A program made the translations under genes and the position numbers. 23,321 nucleotides of DNA. It comes from Octopus sinensis. Its lineage: Eukaryota. Below are positions 1 to 10,299 of the stretch, in pieces (positions within the stretch are counted from its first letter, which is position 1; each line of letters begins with the position of its first letter). The notes under the pieces were generated by a model. The model did not search any database, had not been told where the DNA came from, and saw nothing but the letters and a program-made list of their open reading frames with translations. The stretch is from contig NW_021836631.1 of NCBI RefSeq assembly GCF_006345805.1, forward strand, positions 1-23,321, in the 5' to 3' direction.

Positions 1-54
1 ATTTGCTTGGCGTGAACGACTGGTTTAACGTGGTCGCGTCTTGTTCCACCGTTC

Positions 55-300
55 GAAACGCGAAATAGATAAAACAAGGGGCAACTGATGACGGGATTGT
101 TCTTTATGTTGCCTGTCACGTTCTCTATTTGTTTCTTTCGTTGTTCAAAAGCAAAAGTTTGTTTTCCTATGTTTTTTTTTCTGTTTTCGTTTTTCATCCT
201 GTACCCGTTTTTTTTTTACGTCCTGTACCCATATATGCATGTATATAAACATATATTGTAGGTATGTACATATATGTATGTATATATGCATATATATATA
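55..300 (+). repeat. Dispersed repeat with a CTGATGA motif, possibly a Penelope-type terminal repeat. Inverted copy at about 18490-18718.
   Basis: The reverse complement aligns by eye with 18490-18718 (catacatatatgtacatacctaca...ggtacaggac...gaaaaacgaaaaca...cagttgcccct). Confidence 0.7.
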
Positions 301-309
301 TATATTATT

Positions 310-351
<42 letters not shown>

Positions 352-440
352 ACAAGCATTACATAAAAAAAAAACATCAACCATACCCAACTCATTCGAC
401 TACGTCCATCACATTCAACTACTAACACATCAAACACATC

Positions 441-1555
441 GGATCTTTTCAGTTTGGCAGCCAAATTTCGGAAATCCAAAGACTATTAAAATTTTAAAAT
501 TTGCTACATTAATGTAGTTTTCCAAGCTGAACCTCAGGAGATATTTCACTTCTTCCAGAATTTTCTTTTTAATAAATTTTAATTAATTTATAGAGGTTTC
601 AAATTTCATCATTTTCACCCAGTCGGAAAACAGGATTTGGAAGCTGTCATTTTGTGCATGAGAGCGCATGTTGTCAACTGTAAACAAATCAAATTCTGCG
701 CTACGCACGTCATATAACCCCTCATAACATCATTTATATATTTGGGAATTTTCAGAAAACTTTTGCAAGGCTGTGTGGTAAGTAGCTTGCTTACCAACCA
801 CATGGTTCCAGGTTCAGTCCCACTGCGTGGAATCTTGGGCAGGTGTCTTCTACTATAGCCTCGGGTCGAGCAAAGCTTTGTGAGTGGATTTGGTAGACAG
901 AAACTGAAAGATGCCCGTCGTATATATGTATGTGTGTGTGTGTGTATGTTTGTGTGTCTGTGTTTGTCCCCCTAGCATTGCTTGACAACTTATGCTGGTG
1001 TGTTTACGTCCCCGTAAGTTAGCGGTTCTGCAAAAGAGACCGATAGAATAAGTACTAGGCTTACAAAGAATAAGTCCCGGGGTCGATTTGCTCGACTAAA
1101 GGCGTTGCTCCAGCATGACCGCAGTCAAATGACTGAAACAAGTAAAAGAGTAAATTTGTATTCTACACGCGAGAATTCATGCGATAATCCAAAAATAAAA
1201 CAAAATTTTTTGGTGCGTGATTTAAAGCCTATTTGGCTGTTATTTTTAGCACATCTGACGACCACCTCAATAAGTGGAAAATATTTGTCAATACGTGCTT
1301 TCTCGCAGACAAAAATGTTCTCATGCTTGGCTTGTTACTTTGGAAACAAGCATGAATGTGTCTGGCTAAAATTGGCTAAAATTACCCAAAATTTAAAAAA
1401 TTTAAAAGCTGATAACTTTTTATTTATTGATTTATTGTGAAAATGAATTTCAAAACATTTATTAGCATATAAAACCTTATCATTACACCGAATATGAAAT
1501 CAATTCGAACAGAAATTGAAGAGATTGAAAACTGGCGGCCAAACAGAAAAGATCC
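441..1555. mobile_element. Non-autonomous DNA transposon with about 23-29 bp TIRs, containing a nested SINE. Superfamily unassigned.
   Basis: Left end ggatcttttcagtttggcagcca (441) and right end tggcggccaaacagaaaagatcc (ends 1555) match at 21/23 as inverted repeats. Possible 8-bp TSD aacacatc / aatatatc (6/8). Confidence 0.75.
765..1153 (+). mobile_element. tRNA-derived SINE, family A copy 1
   Basis: A-box-like ggctgtgtgg and B-box-like ggttcagtccc. Body matches the copies at 2513, 8145 and 9152, with a central TA/TG microsatellite and a gtaaaaga tail. Confidence 0.9.
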
Positions 1556-1797
1556 AATATATCAACTATAAACAACATATTAATCACATCAACAACATCA
1601 AACACAACAACTACATCAAACATACAACTAATTCATCAAACAGATCGACTATAAACAACACTTTAAACACACCAAATACATCGACTATATCCCAACATAT
1701 CAACTACACACACGAGCACTCCAACCAGCATATCAAACACTTCAAACGCACCGAACACATCGACAGTAACAAACATGTCGATAACATCCAAAATGTA
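1556..1797 (+). repeat. Degenerate minisatellite of about 18 bp (TCAAACACATCGACTATA-like), continuing the segment at 360-440
   Basis: Units include tcaaacagatcgactata, ccaaatacatcgactata and ccgaacacatcgacagta. The same motif (aacacatcaaacacatc) lies left of the TIR element. Confidence 0.6.
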
Positions 1798-1934
1798 AAA
1801 GATCAGGCATCTTTAATCACTTTACCCCGCGAAATATACGTTCTCCTTTCCCCAGAACGGCAAAATTCTTAGAGTAGCTCAATTTTTCTGAATCTATTCA
1901 GGGTTTTACACGAACTTTCACAGTTGCTTATATT

Positions 1935-2078
1935 ATTTTCTACTCGAGGCAAAAGGTCCGAAATTTTGGGGGAGGGAACCAGTCGATTAGATCGACCCCA
2001 GCACGCAACAGGCACTTAATTTATCGACGGATGAAAGGCAAAGTCGGCCTCGGCGGAATTTGAACTCAGAACGTAAAA
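1935..2078 (-). mobile_element. 5'-truncated SINE family C with a 14-bp TSD
   Basis: Matches the C copies at 14366-16278. Flanked by cagttgcttatatt at 1921-1934 and 2079-2092. Confidence 0.9.
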
Positions 2079-2124
2079 CAGTTGCTTATATTGATGCAAA
2101 ACTAATACCATCTTACAGCTGCTT

Positions 2125-2411
2125 GGAGGCACATGGTCTAGTAGTTAGAGCAGCGGACTCGCAGTCGAGGGATTACGGGTTCGAATCTCAGACCGGGCGA
2201 TGTGTGTGTTTATGAGCGAAACACCTAAGCTCCACGAGATTCCGGCAGAAGGTAATGGCGAACTTCTGCTGACTCTTTTGCCACAACTTTCTCTCACTCT
2301 TTCCTCCTGCATCTTGCGATGGACCGGCGTCCCGTCCAGGTGGGGAACCTATACGCCAAGGAAACCGGGAAACCGGCCCTTATGAGCCAGGCGTGGCTCG
2401 AGTAGGAACAA
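2125..2411 (+). mobile_element. tRNA-derived SINE family B (tail type 1) with a 10-bp TSD
   Basis: A box tggtctagtag, B box gggttcgaatctc. Flanked by acagctgctt at 2115-2124 and 2412-2421. Head and core are shared with 20911-21217. Confidence 0.88.
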
Positions 2412-2445
2412 ACAGCTGCTTATACACAAGCACAAACATACGCAT

Positions 2446-2512
<67 letters not shown>

Positions 2513-2913
2513 GGGGCAGGAGTGGCTGTGTGGTAAGAAGCTTGCTTCCCAACCACATGGTTCCGGGTTCAGTCCCACTGCGTGATACCTTGGATAAGTG
2601 TCTTTTACTATAGCCTTGGGCCGATCAAAGGCTTGTCAGTGAATTTGGTAGACGGAGACTGAAAGAAGCCCGTCGTATATATATGCATACATTTGTGTCC
2701 ATGTGTCTGCGTTTGTCCTCCCTCCATTGCTTGACAACTGATGTTGGTGTGTTTACGTACCCGTAACATAGCGGTTCGGCAAAAGAAAAAGATTGAATAA
2801 GTATTAGGCTTACAAGGTGTGAAATAAGTCTTGGGGTCAATTTGTTCGACTAAAGGGCGGTGCCGCAGCATGGCAGCAGTCAGATGACTGAAACAAGTAA
2901 AAGAACGAAAGAA
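2513..2913 (+). mobile_element. SINE family A copy 2
   Basis: Full-length match to 765-1153 and 8145-8620. Confidence 0.9.
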
Positions 2914-2946
2914 TATATATATATATATATATATATTTACATATAG

Positions 2947-3362
2947 TCACGCGTGAGCTCCACATCATCTGCATGATGTGGAAAATATCCCATCAGCATT
3001 GCCCAAATGATGTTGGTATCGCCTTTAAGGTAAGCGCAAGGCTTGGGGCCCGTGCCATCCATCCACAACTTGCATCTCATGACAACAATACATCACAAAT
3101 ATTTCACATCAACTGGCCCAGCTCTCTTTAACATTGCACCAAGACGCATTAAAACAGAAACAGACCACATAAAGTTCAAGAAGTCTTTGGACAAATTACT
3201 TCAAGAAATACCAGATATAACCCCCACACCCAGATATGTCTCCGTAAACAATAACTCTCTACTTGAGTGGGCTATGGTATCCAAACCCTGATTTGAAGGA
3301 TTTCACCAGGGGGTGCTATAAATTGAGACATGGCCTGGGCTAATACTATCAAACCTATCAAA
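2947..3362 (+). mobile_element. 5'-truncated non-LTR retrotransposon (CR1/L2-like) 3' end: frameshifted ORF2 C-terminus plus 3' UTR
   Basis: RELHIICMMWKISHQHCPNDVG, then a frameshift to FTSTGPALFNIAP...KFKKSLDKLLQEIPD...NNSLLEW*. This follows the typical RRERY..WKI / GP.LFN.LP / FK..LD..L..VPD pattern. Ends in short repeats ctatcaaacctatcaaag. Confidence 0.75.
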
Positions 3363-3603
3363 GTATGTGCGTGTGTGCGTGTGTGTGGGTGTGTGTGTGT
3401 CTGTGTGTGCGTGCGCACGTGTATGCGTGTGTATGTGTATATAAATATATATAAATCAATGTCTATGTAAAATTATATACACATGTATGTATATATTAAG
3501 TCAATCAATGAATGCACACATAAACACACACATATACACGCACCTACGTTTGTGAATAATATACCAATATATAGTTTATTAGCGGGATTTACTTATATAT
3601 ATG

Positions 3604-3654
<51 letters not shown>

Positions 3655-4025
3655 ATAAATAAAATATATGCATGCATACAAACATATATGTACGTACCTA
3701 AATCTACATGTATATATACATGCATATATAAATATATATACGTGAGTACAGGACACTGCAACTAGACGTAGAACTCGTCTGTGTTAGTGAGGTGTTTACT
3801 TGAAAATATTCTAAATAAAACAATGTGATACCTACAACCATTTGTTCATAATGGTGGTTGTGGAGGTGGTGGAGATGGTGGTGGTGTGATGTGGTGGTAG
3901 TGGTGTCATGGTAAGGGGTGTATATCATGTGTCACAAAGCATGACAGAATGTTGTATCTCTTTTTCGTTCATGCGAAATATCTTTCAATGCTCACTTTCA
4001 TGTGGTTGATATGATAGCCTTTGTG

Positions 4026-4059
<34 letters not shown>

Positions 4060-4302
4060 TGTATGTATGTATGTATGTGTATGTATATATGTATGTATGT
4101 ATGTGTGTATATATAGATATGTGTGTATGAATATACGAGCGTGTTTGCATATATATAAATATATGTGCGTGGTGTACGTATATATGTGTGTGGGTGTGTG
4201 TGGGTGTATTTATATATATATATATATATATATATGTACGTATACAGATATTTGTAGTTATGTATCTCTTTCTCTCTCTTTTTCTGTATGTATGTATGTA
4301 TG

Positions 4303-4347
<45 letters not shown>

Positions 4348-4350
4348 ATT
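3363..4350. repeat. Compound microsatellites (TG, TA, TATG, GGT) with short unique spacers
   Basis: Directly visible simple repeats. Confidence 0.9.
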
Positions 4351-4869
4351 TACAGGGCAAGACTGCTAGGTAGTCTGCCGCATGCTAGAAATAGATCATC
4401 AACGATCAAACTACAGAGAAAGTTCTCTAGAGGAAAAATTCAGCGAACACCAGAACCAAATTTGGCGGACAGGACAGATGAAAATTTATATAAAAAACAG
4501 AATTAACTGCATACCTTGGTTTCGGCCTTTAACAAAAGAATTACTTACATAATTCAAATGTCCGTGGCTTCATCAGTGCAATCATTGAGTGTAAATGCAA
4601 TCTGAAAAACTAACCCCAGCTTTCTGTGCCAAAACAGACACGTGTTTAGCTTTACTGATTACATTAGGGATAAAATTTCAAATGTCTTAGTTCTGGCGCG
4701 CTAAAAAATTCCTGAACTGCAGTAAATAATTCACTGCGGTTAGTGCTTGCTACTAGAGAACGTATTTATTTCAATATTTAGATAATGAGGGAGATAAATT
4801 AATATTAATTTTAATATCAGTTTAAAACCAGTATCTAGCATACAAAAATCTGAAAAATCAGAGAAAGTT

Positions 4870-4897
4870 CTATATATATATAGAGAAAATTATATAT

Positions 4898-4929
<32 letters not shown>

Positions 4930-5152
4930 ATATATCTATATAGATATATATATATAATATATATTATATATATATACATATGTATGTACTATTAAAACAT
5001 TTTGATTCGGTTCTATCCATATATATAGAAGAAGAGCTTTGCTCGAAACGTAAAACCACCTTTCTCTCTTTTCCTGAGCGTCTGTTAATAATTTACGTGT
5101 AACTCGTCCTTGCTTTGTTGTTTCTTTGTATTTCTTCTTCGATATTTTGGAT

Positions 5153-5186
<34 letters not shown>

Positions 5187-5322
5187 CTATATATATATAA
5201 TATATATATATATATTATATATGTGTGCGTATTTAATCGCATATGTAGAAAGATGGTGAGAGAGATTGACAGACAGACAGACAGACAGACTGACAGATAG
5301 ATAGATAGATAGATAGATCGAC

Positions 5323-5370
<48 letters not shown>

Positions 5371-5541
5371 CACACACACAAAATGGGACGCTAGTGATAT
5401 AAAAAAGGGATAACAAAACATCCCGATAGACGATACAAAGAAATCAAGGACGGGTCATTCGGAGTTTTCTTTCCTCAGTCGAGTTCCAGATTATCTTTGC
5501 AATTTCGGCTTGTTATACTCGAGATTTCTCCAATCTGGCCA

Positions 5542-5577
<36 letters not shown>

Positions 5578-5700
5578 TACACACACAGACATACATACAC
5601 ACATAGTGTACTTTTGTTTATGTTCATGCGTATTGCGTGTATGTGTTTATTTGTACGTATGTGTGCGCGTGTATATCTGTGTATATGTGTGTATGTTCGA
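4870..5700. repeat. (TA)n, (GACA)n, (GATA)n and (TATG)n blocks interleaved with two short dispersed-repeat fragments (about 4990-5150 and 5385-5545)
   Basis: Directly visible simple repeats. Confidence 0.85.
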
Positions 5701-6068
5701 AAACTGCAGTTTGAGAAGTTGGCCAATAAACAGCCAGTCAACGAACGAACCAATTGACTAACCAGCCAGACAGCCAGTCAGCAAGCCAACGAAGCAGCTA
5801 ACGTTAGTTTTTTTCACTGTTGAAAAGAACGTGACAGAATCCTGTTTAAGTTCAATTACTGGTGGTGGTGGTGGTGGTGGTAGTGGTGGTTGTGGTGGTG
5901 GTGGTGGTGGTGGTTTTAGGTGGAGGTGGAGGTGGTGGTGTTGGTGGGTGCGTGGAGTGAGGCTGGTGCAGATGCTACCTGGTGAAGCTACTGCTTTCTG
6001 TTGTTTAGCCCGAGGTCAGACTTGATCGAACAGGACTACAATCAAAGCGTTTCTGAGACCATCCCCCG

Positions 6069-6111
<43 letters not shown>

Positions 6112-6139
6112 TATATACAAAAATATGTTACATTACTCG

Positions 6140-6215
6140 ATAGTCAAGATAAAACTCTGAGTTTCAGATGCCGAAGTGGAAATCCACAACACCATCTCTT
6201 CGGTTATCTGGCTAT
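6140..6215 (-). ncRNA. Degenerate type I hammerhead ribozyme in the PLE 3' region
   Basis: Minus strand reads agataa-CCGAAGA-gatg...catc-t-GAAAC-tcaga-GTT-ttatct. Stem I is 6 bp (agataa/ttatct) with an atag/ctat extension. The core has U4->C and one extra nt at stem II. Confidence 0.65.
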
Positions 6216-6391
6216 TTGAAAACGCTATGAAAAAATACCGTTATATAAAGGGAAATTACTGTGGTATAACTCTGCTTGCCTGCGTACTTATACATCGCTC
6301 GCATTTTTCGTCATAAAAATTATATAAAAATACATTAAAAATATATAAAAATATATAAAATCTTCTTGGGACATAACATAGATAGCATGTT

Positions 6392-8090
6392 CTATCTGTT
6401 TTCTTTAGGGGACCAAAAACGTAACAGAAATTTAGTCACATGTGGGCATGGTCCAAAAAGTTCTGTCCTTGTGTTTAGACATGTAGTAGGGTCTAAGCTG
6501 CTTTTCTTAAAGACCAAATATGATTAGATAATTGTGTCGCTTTTCTTTTGTTCCAGTGCCTAAAGCTCAAAGTGTGGTTATTGAACCTGGCCTTGAAATT
6601 ACCCTCTGTAAGGCCCACGTATTTCTTCGTCGAAACGGTGTCTTTAGTGGTTATAGAGTTTATGGTAGCTTCATATATGATGGTCTTGGACATACAAGCT
6701 CCATTTAGCGGGCACAATTCTTTATTCCTACATGAACAGCTGTTTTCTTGTTGTGTTTTTTGTATGTTATGTTTGATTATGTTTTTGAAATTGGTAGTGG
6801 AACTAAAACTAATTTTTAAATTGTGTCTATTGAAGAGTTTCCTATAAGTATGGTTAACTGGAAAATGTCTATCTATCAGTGCTAGGAAATATTTACCTAT
6901 ATTGAAGGCCACCTCGGGTAAACCAGATGACCTTCCTATTTCTATTATTCCTTTTCCTTACTGTTGGGCTAGTGATGGGTGTATATTTTATTTTTTCGCT
7001 AAACCCACTATCTTTTAAAGCCTTATTATAAACTGGGGCAACGCTATTGAAGATGTCCTTATCATAGGAGAGGCTAGAAATCCTCTTACTAATATTTTTA
7101 ACTAACTTTTTGAATACTATAGGGGGATGGCATGAACCTACATTAATATAACTTAGTCTATCATTGGGCTTCCTATTAGGCTTATAAATATTCTTATTAA
7201 GATCTAAGGAAACATCTAAGAAATTGACAACCGTCAGGTTAGTATCTATAGTTATACTAAGTCCAAAGTATTTCATTAACTGGATAATATCCTTCCTAAA
7301 ACGATCTTGTGCTGGTCCATTTGTATTAGCTGTTAAGGCGAGGGCATCATCTTTGTAGATGGCGAAATGTACGTCAGGGAATGTCTTACCTAAGGTATCA
7401 AGGAGAAAAGTCCAATTAGATCGCAGATGCCTGCCCCATCATATGAACCCATGCTCACATCGAAAGCGCCCTCTGTGTCGGTGTTTTTTTACCCACTTTG
7501 CGTTCTCACTGAAAAGTAATGTCTTTCTAGCATGGAAGATTATGTCCTTATCATTGGTACTAATTTCTATGAAGTCGCTAGCGAAGATGAGGGCTTTTCT
7601 CTAGCATTCTTTAGAGATAGAGGCATAAAAACAACAATATCGAATTGTGTAAACCTCGCTTTTTTCTTATTCTTAATAGCTTTAAACCAGTCTACGACTT
7701 CTATACTATTGGACCATTGTACTATCCTAGTATCGGTCTTAATTTTCGTATTTATTTTATCTAAAATTTCTTTACTAATATCCCAAGTTCTGACTTGGCT
7801 GGGTTGATAAGCCTACATTTAGGGTTGGAAAGGAAGTTTTCTTTGTGATCTTTAATAGTAATAAAGGCCTCTTTGGGTGGGAGGGCTTCTATTTTTTTAT
7901 CTAATTTAAGTTAGCGGCGATGACGCTAGCTTCTTTATTAATTTCGTTATATGTCCTGTGCCCTAGCCTTAGTATAATTATTAATGATGCTGTTGTGTAA
8001 GTTTGTGTGTATTTGCTGTTATCTACCAGGTATAAGTTCTTGGTTTTATCCGAAGAAAGTGCTATTTACATAATATTGAGGTCTCTTTCT
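6392..8090 (-). pseudogene. Frameshifted PLE reverse transcriptase / GIY-YIG endonuclease polyprotein
   Basis: Joined across frameshifts: SDKTKNLY...AFITIKDHKENF...CRLINPAKSELG...QFDIV (about 7640)...FDVSMGSYDGA (about 7445)...IYKDD (7346-7357)...NFLDVSLDL...HPP...NIGKYFL...CSCRNKELCPLNG...IIYEAT...KYVGLTEGNFKARFNNH...LSNHIW...LNTRTEL...C.H..KFLL*. Confidence 0.92.
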
Positions 8091-8144
8091 TTCTTTTGTT
8101 ATCTTACCGTTTTACCAATATATATATATATTTGTGTGTGTGTA

Positions 8145-8333
8145 GGCGCAGAAGTGGCTGTGTGGTAAGTAGCTTGTTTACCAACCACATGGTTCCGGTT
8201 CAGTCCCACTGCGTGGCACCTTGGGCAAGTGTCTTCTACTATAGTCTCGGGCCGACCAAAGCCTTGTGAGTGGATTTAGTAGACGGAAACTGAAAGAAGC
8301 CCGTCGTATATATGTATATGTATATATATATAT

Positions 8334-8378
<45 letters not shown>

Positions 8379-8619
8379 ATATAGCGCTGTGTGGTTTGTG
8401 TGACTGTGTTTGTCCCCCTACCATAGCTTGACAACCGATGCTGGTGTGTTTATGTCCCCGTTACTTAGCGGTTCGGCAAAAGAGACCGATAGAATAGTAC
8501 TGGGCTTACAAAAAGAATAAGCCCCGGGGTCGATTTGCTCGATTAAAGGCGGTGCTCCAGCATGGCCGCAGTCAAATGACTGATGAAACGAGTAAAAGAG
8601 AGAGAAAAGAAAGAAAAAG

Positions 8620-8620
<1 letters not shown>
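8145..8620 (+). mobile_element. SINE family A copy 3
   Basis: Full-length match to the other A copies, with an expanded internal (TA)n. Confidence 0.9.
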
Positions 8621-8653
<33 letters not shown>

Positions 8654-9151
8654 TCATATATACATATGCAAAAGAAATTAAAACCACATAATTGAGTGTG
8701 CATCGTTTGATAAAAGAAATTCAGATGGCAGGACACGTAAGATGAAAGCGATCTGGCTGCTATTTCTAGTTTGTTGAACGAACACTGAGAAGCTCCCACG
8801 TTAACTCATGGTAGCTTAGTTGTTGTTGGCGGCGGCGGCGGTGGTGGTGGTGGTGGTGGCTGTGGTTGTGGTGACGGCTTTTGAACAGGTGCCGGTGCAG
8901 ATGCTATGCAATGCAATTGCTGTTGCTACTGCGTGTTGTGGTGCATTGCTTGCTTGCAGCTGGTGTGTTTTATTTTTATCTTTTAATTATTCCTATCGTC
9001 ATGGTAGTGGTGGTGTTGGTGTTGGTAGTAGTGGTAGTGAGACGGGGATCAAACACAAACAGTACACATACACACACACACACACACGCACACACACACA
9101 CACACACACACAACACACACACACACACACACACACAGAGAGAAACACTCA

Positions 9152-9254
9152 TAAGTTTGATTGCTAACCACACGGTTTCGGGTTCAGACCGAATCGACCA
9201 AAGCCTTGTGAGCAGATATTGGTAGAAGGAAACTGAAAGAAGCCCGTTGTGTAT

Positions 9255-9285
<31 letters not shown>

Positions 9286-9488
9286 TGTGTATGTCTTCGT
9301 GTTTTTTTGTGTGTCCCACACTGCCGCTTGACATCTGGTGTTGGTTTGCTTACGTTCCCGTAACTCAACTGTTCGGCAAGAAGCGACCGATGAAATAAAT
9401 ACTAGCATTGATTTGTTCGACAAAACTCTTCAAGACGATCAATGCTCCAGCATGGCCGCTTTCTACTGAAACAAGTAAAAGATAAACG
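9152..9488 (+). mobile_element. SINE family A copy 4 (older, internally deleted)
   Basis: gggttcag joins directly to ...cgaccaaagccttgtgag, so about 45-50 nt present in the other copies is missing. The 3' half is recognisable. Confidence 0.8.
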
Positions 9489-10049
9489 ATATACATATTT
9501 CATCCTTCGCTGCTTCATGTGCTTCCATTAAATGTATGTGAATGTGTGTATGTGTGTATGTGTGTGTGTGTGTGTGCATCTATTTTACATAAAGACACTG
9601 CTTAAATGAGAAAAATTGAAATGCATTTGATAAATTAGAAAGCCTTACTATGGGTGAAATATGAATCTAAGCATTCTATGCTACGGGTATGCGGGTGCAA
9701 AAAAGAGACAGATCACTCGTCAAGAAAGACATGACATGATTTTTCTCCTCAATAGCATCGAACAGCTTAAGCTTAAGCTGTCATAATAAAGCAGTCGTAA
9801 ATTAGACTGGCACCGTAGTGAAGTGCCTATTTCTCATATTTACATTTCGACAGCTCTTTATACAGACATGCATGTATATTTTTGTGTGTATTGACATCTT
9901 TGTTATATATATACGTGCACGAATATATACAACTATACGCATACACCGACACCGATTTATCCATAGCTACAAGCATATCTACCAAATACCCGCCAAATCC
10001 CCTGTCTGTAAACTACCCCTCTGTTTGCTAGTCTGTATGTCTGTCTCTA

Positions 10050-10080
<31 letters not shown>

Positions 10081-10299
10081 TTCTTCTCCCTACCGCTGTC
10101 TATCTTTTAAACACCCATATTGATCTAAGCTTTCGCACCACCACATCACCGCCACCCCGTCATCACAAACATTCCCGGAAGAACGAAGATTGCTTCCTTC
10201 CCTCCTATGCACTCGACAATAACTGATGCTCACCCCGTCTTGCCCTACCGCTTCGAGTGTCACGTGACCCTCCGCTCCCATTGCATCATCGCCCCTTTT

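Larger units (their letters stand above)
6100..8118 (-). mobile_element. Penelope-like retroelement (RT + C-terminal GIY-YIG endonuclease + 3' terminal region with hammerhead), degenerate
   Basis: The RT and EN remnants in the next feature are followed by an AT-rich 3' region containing a hammerhead-like fold at 6140-6215. Confidence 0.92.

Noticed and set aside
765-860. tRNA-like A/B boxes (also in the B and C families)
   Set aside because: They are SINE heads. No complete cloverleaf is present and they continue into SINE bodies, so they are not tRNA genes.
5444-5485. Minus-strand CTGAGGA...ccGAAtgacccgtc hammerhead-like string
   Set aside because: GAAA reads GAAT, and stems I-III cannot be paired in canonical register. 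At best it is a heavily decayed relic.
5995-6066. Short segment reminiscent of another dispersed repeat (tttagcccgaggtcagacttgatcg...)
   Set aside because: There is only one copy in the window and it is too degenerate to support from sequence alone.
6548-7807. Plus-strand ORFs 6548-6847, 7359-7604 and 7532-7807
   Set aside because: They are antisense shadows of the PLE RT/EN coding sequence.
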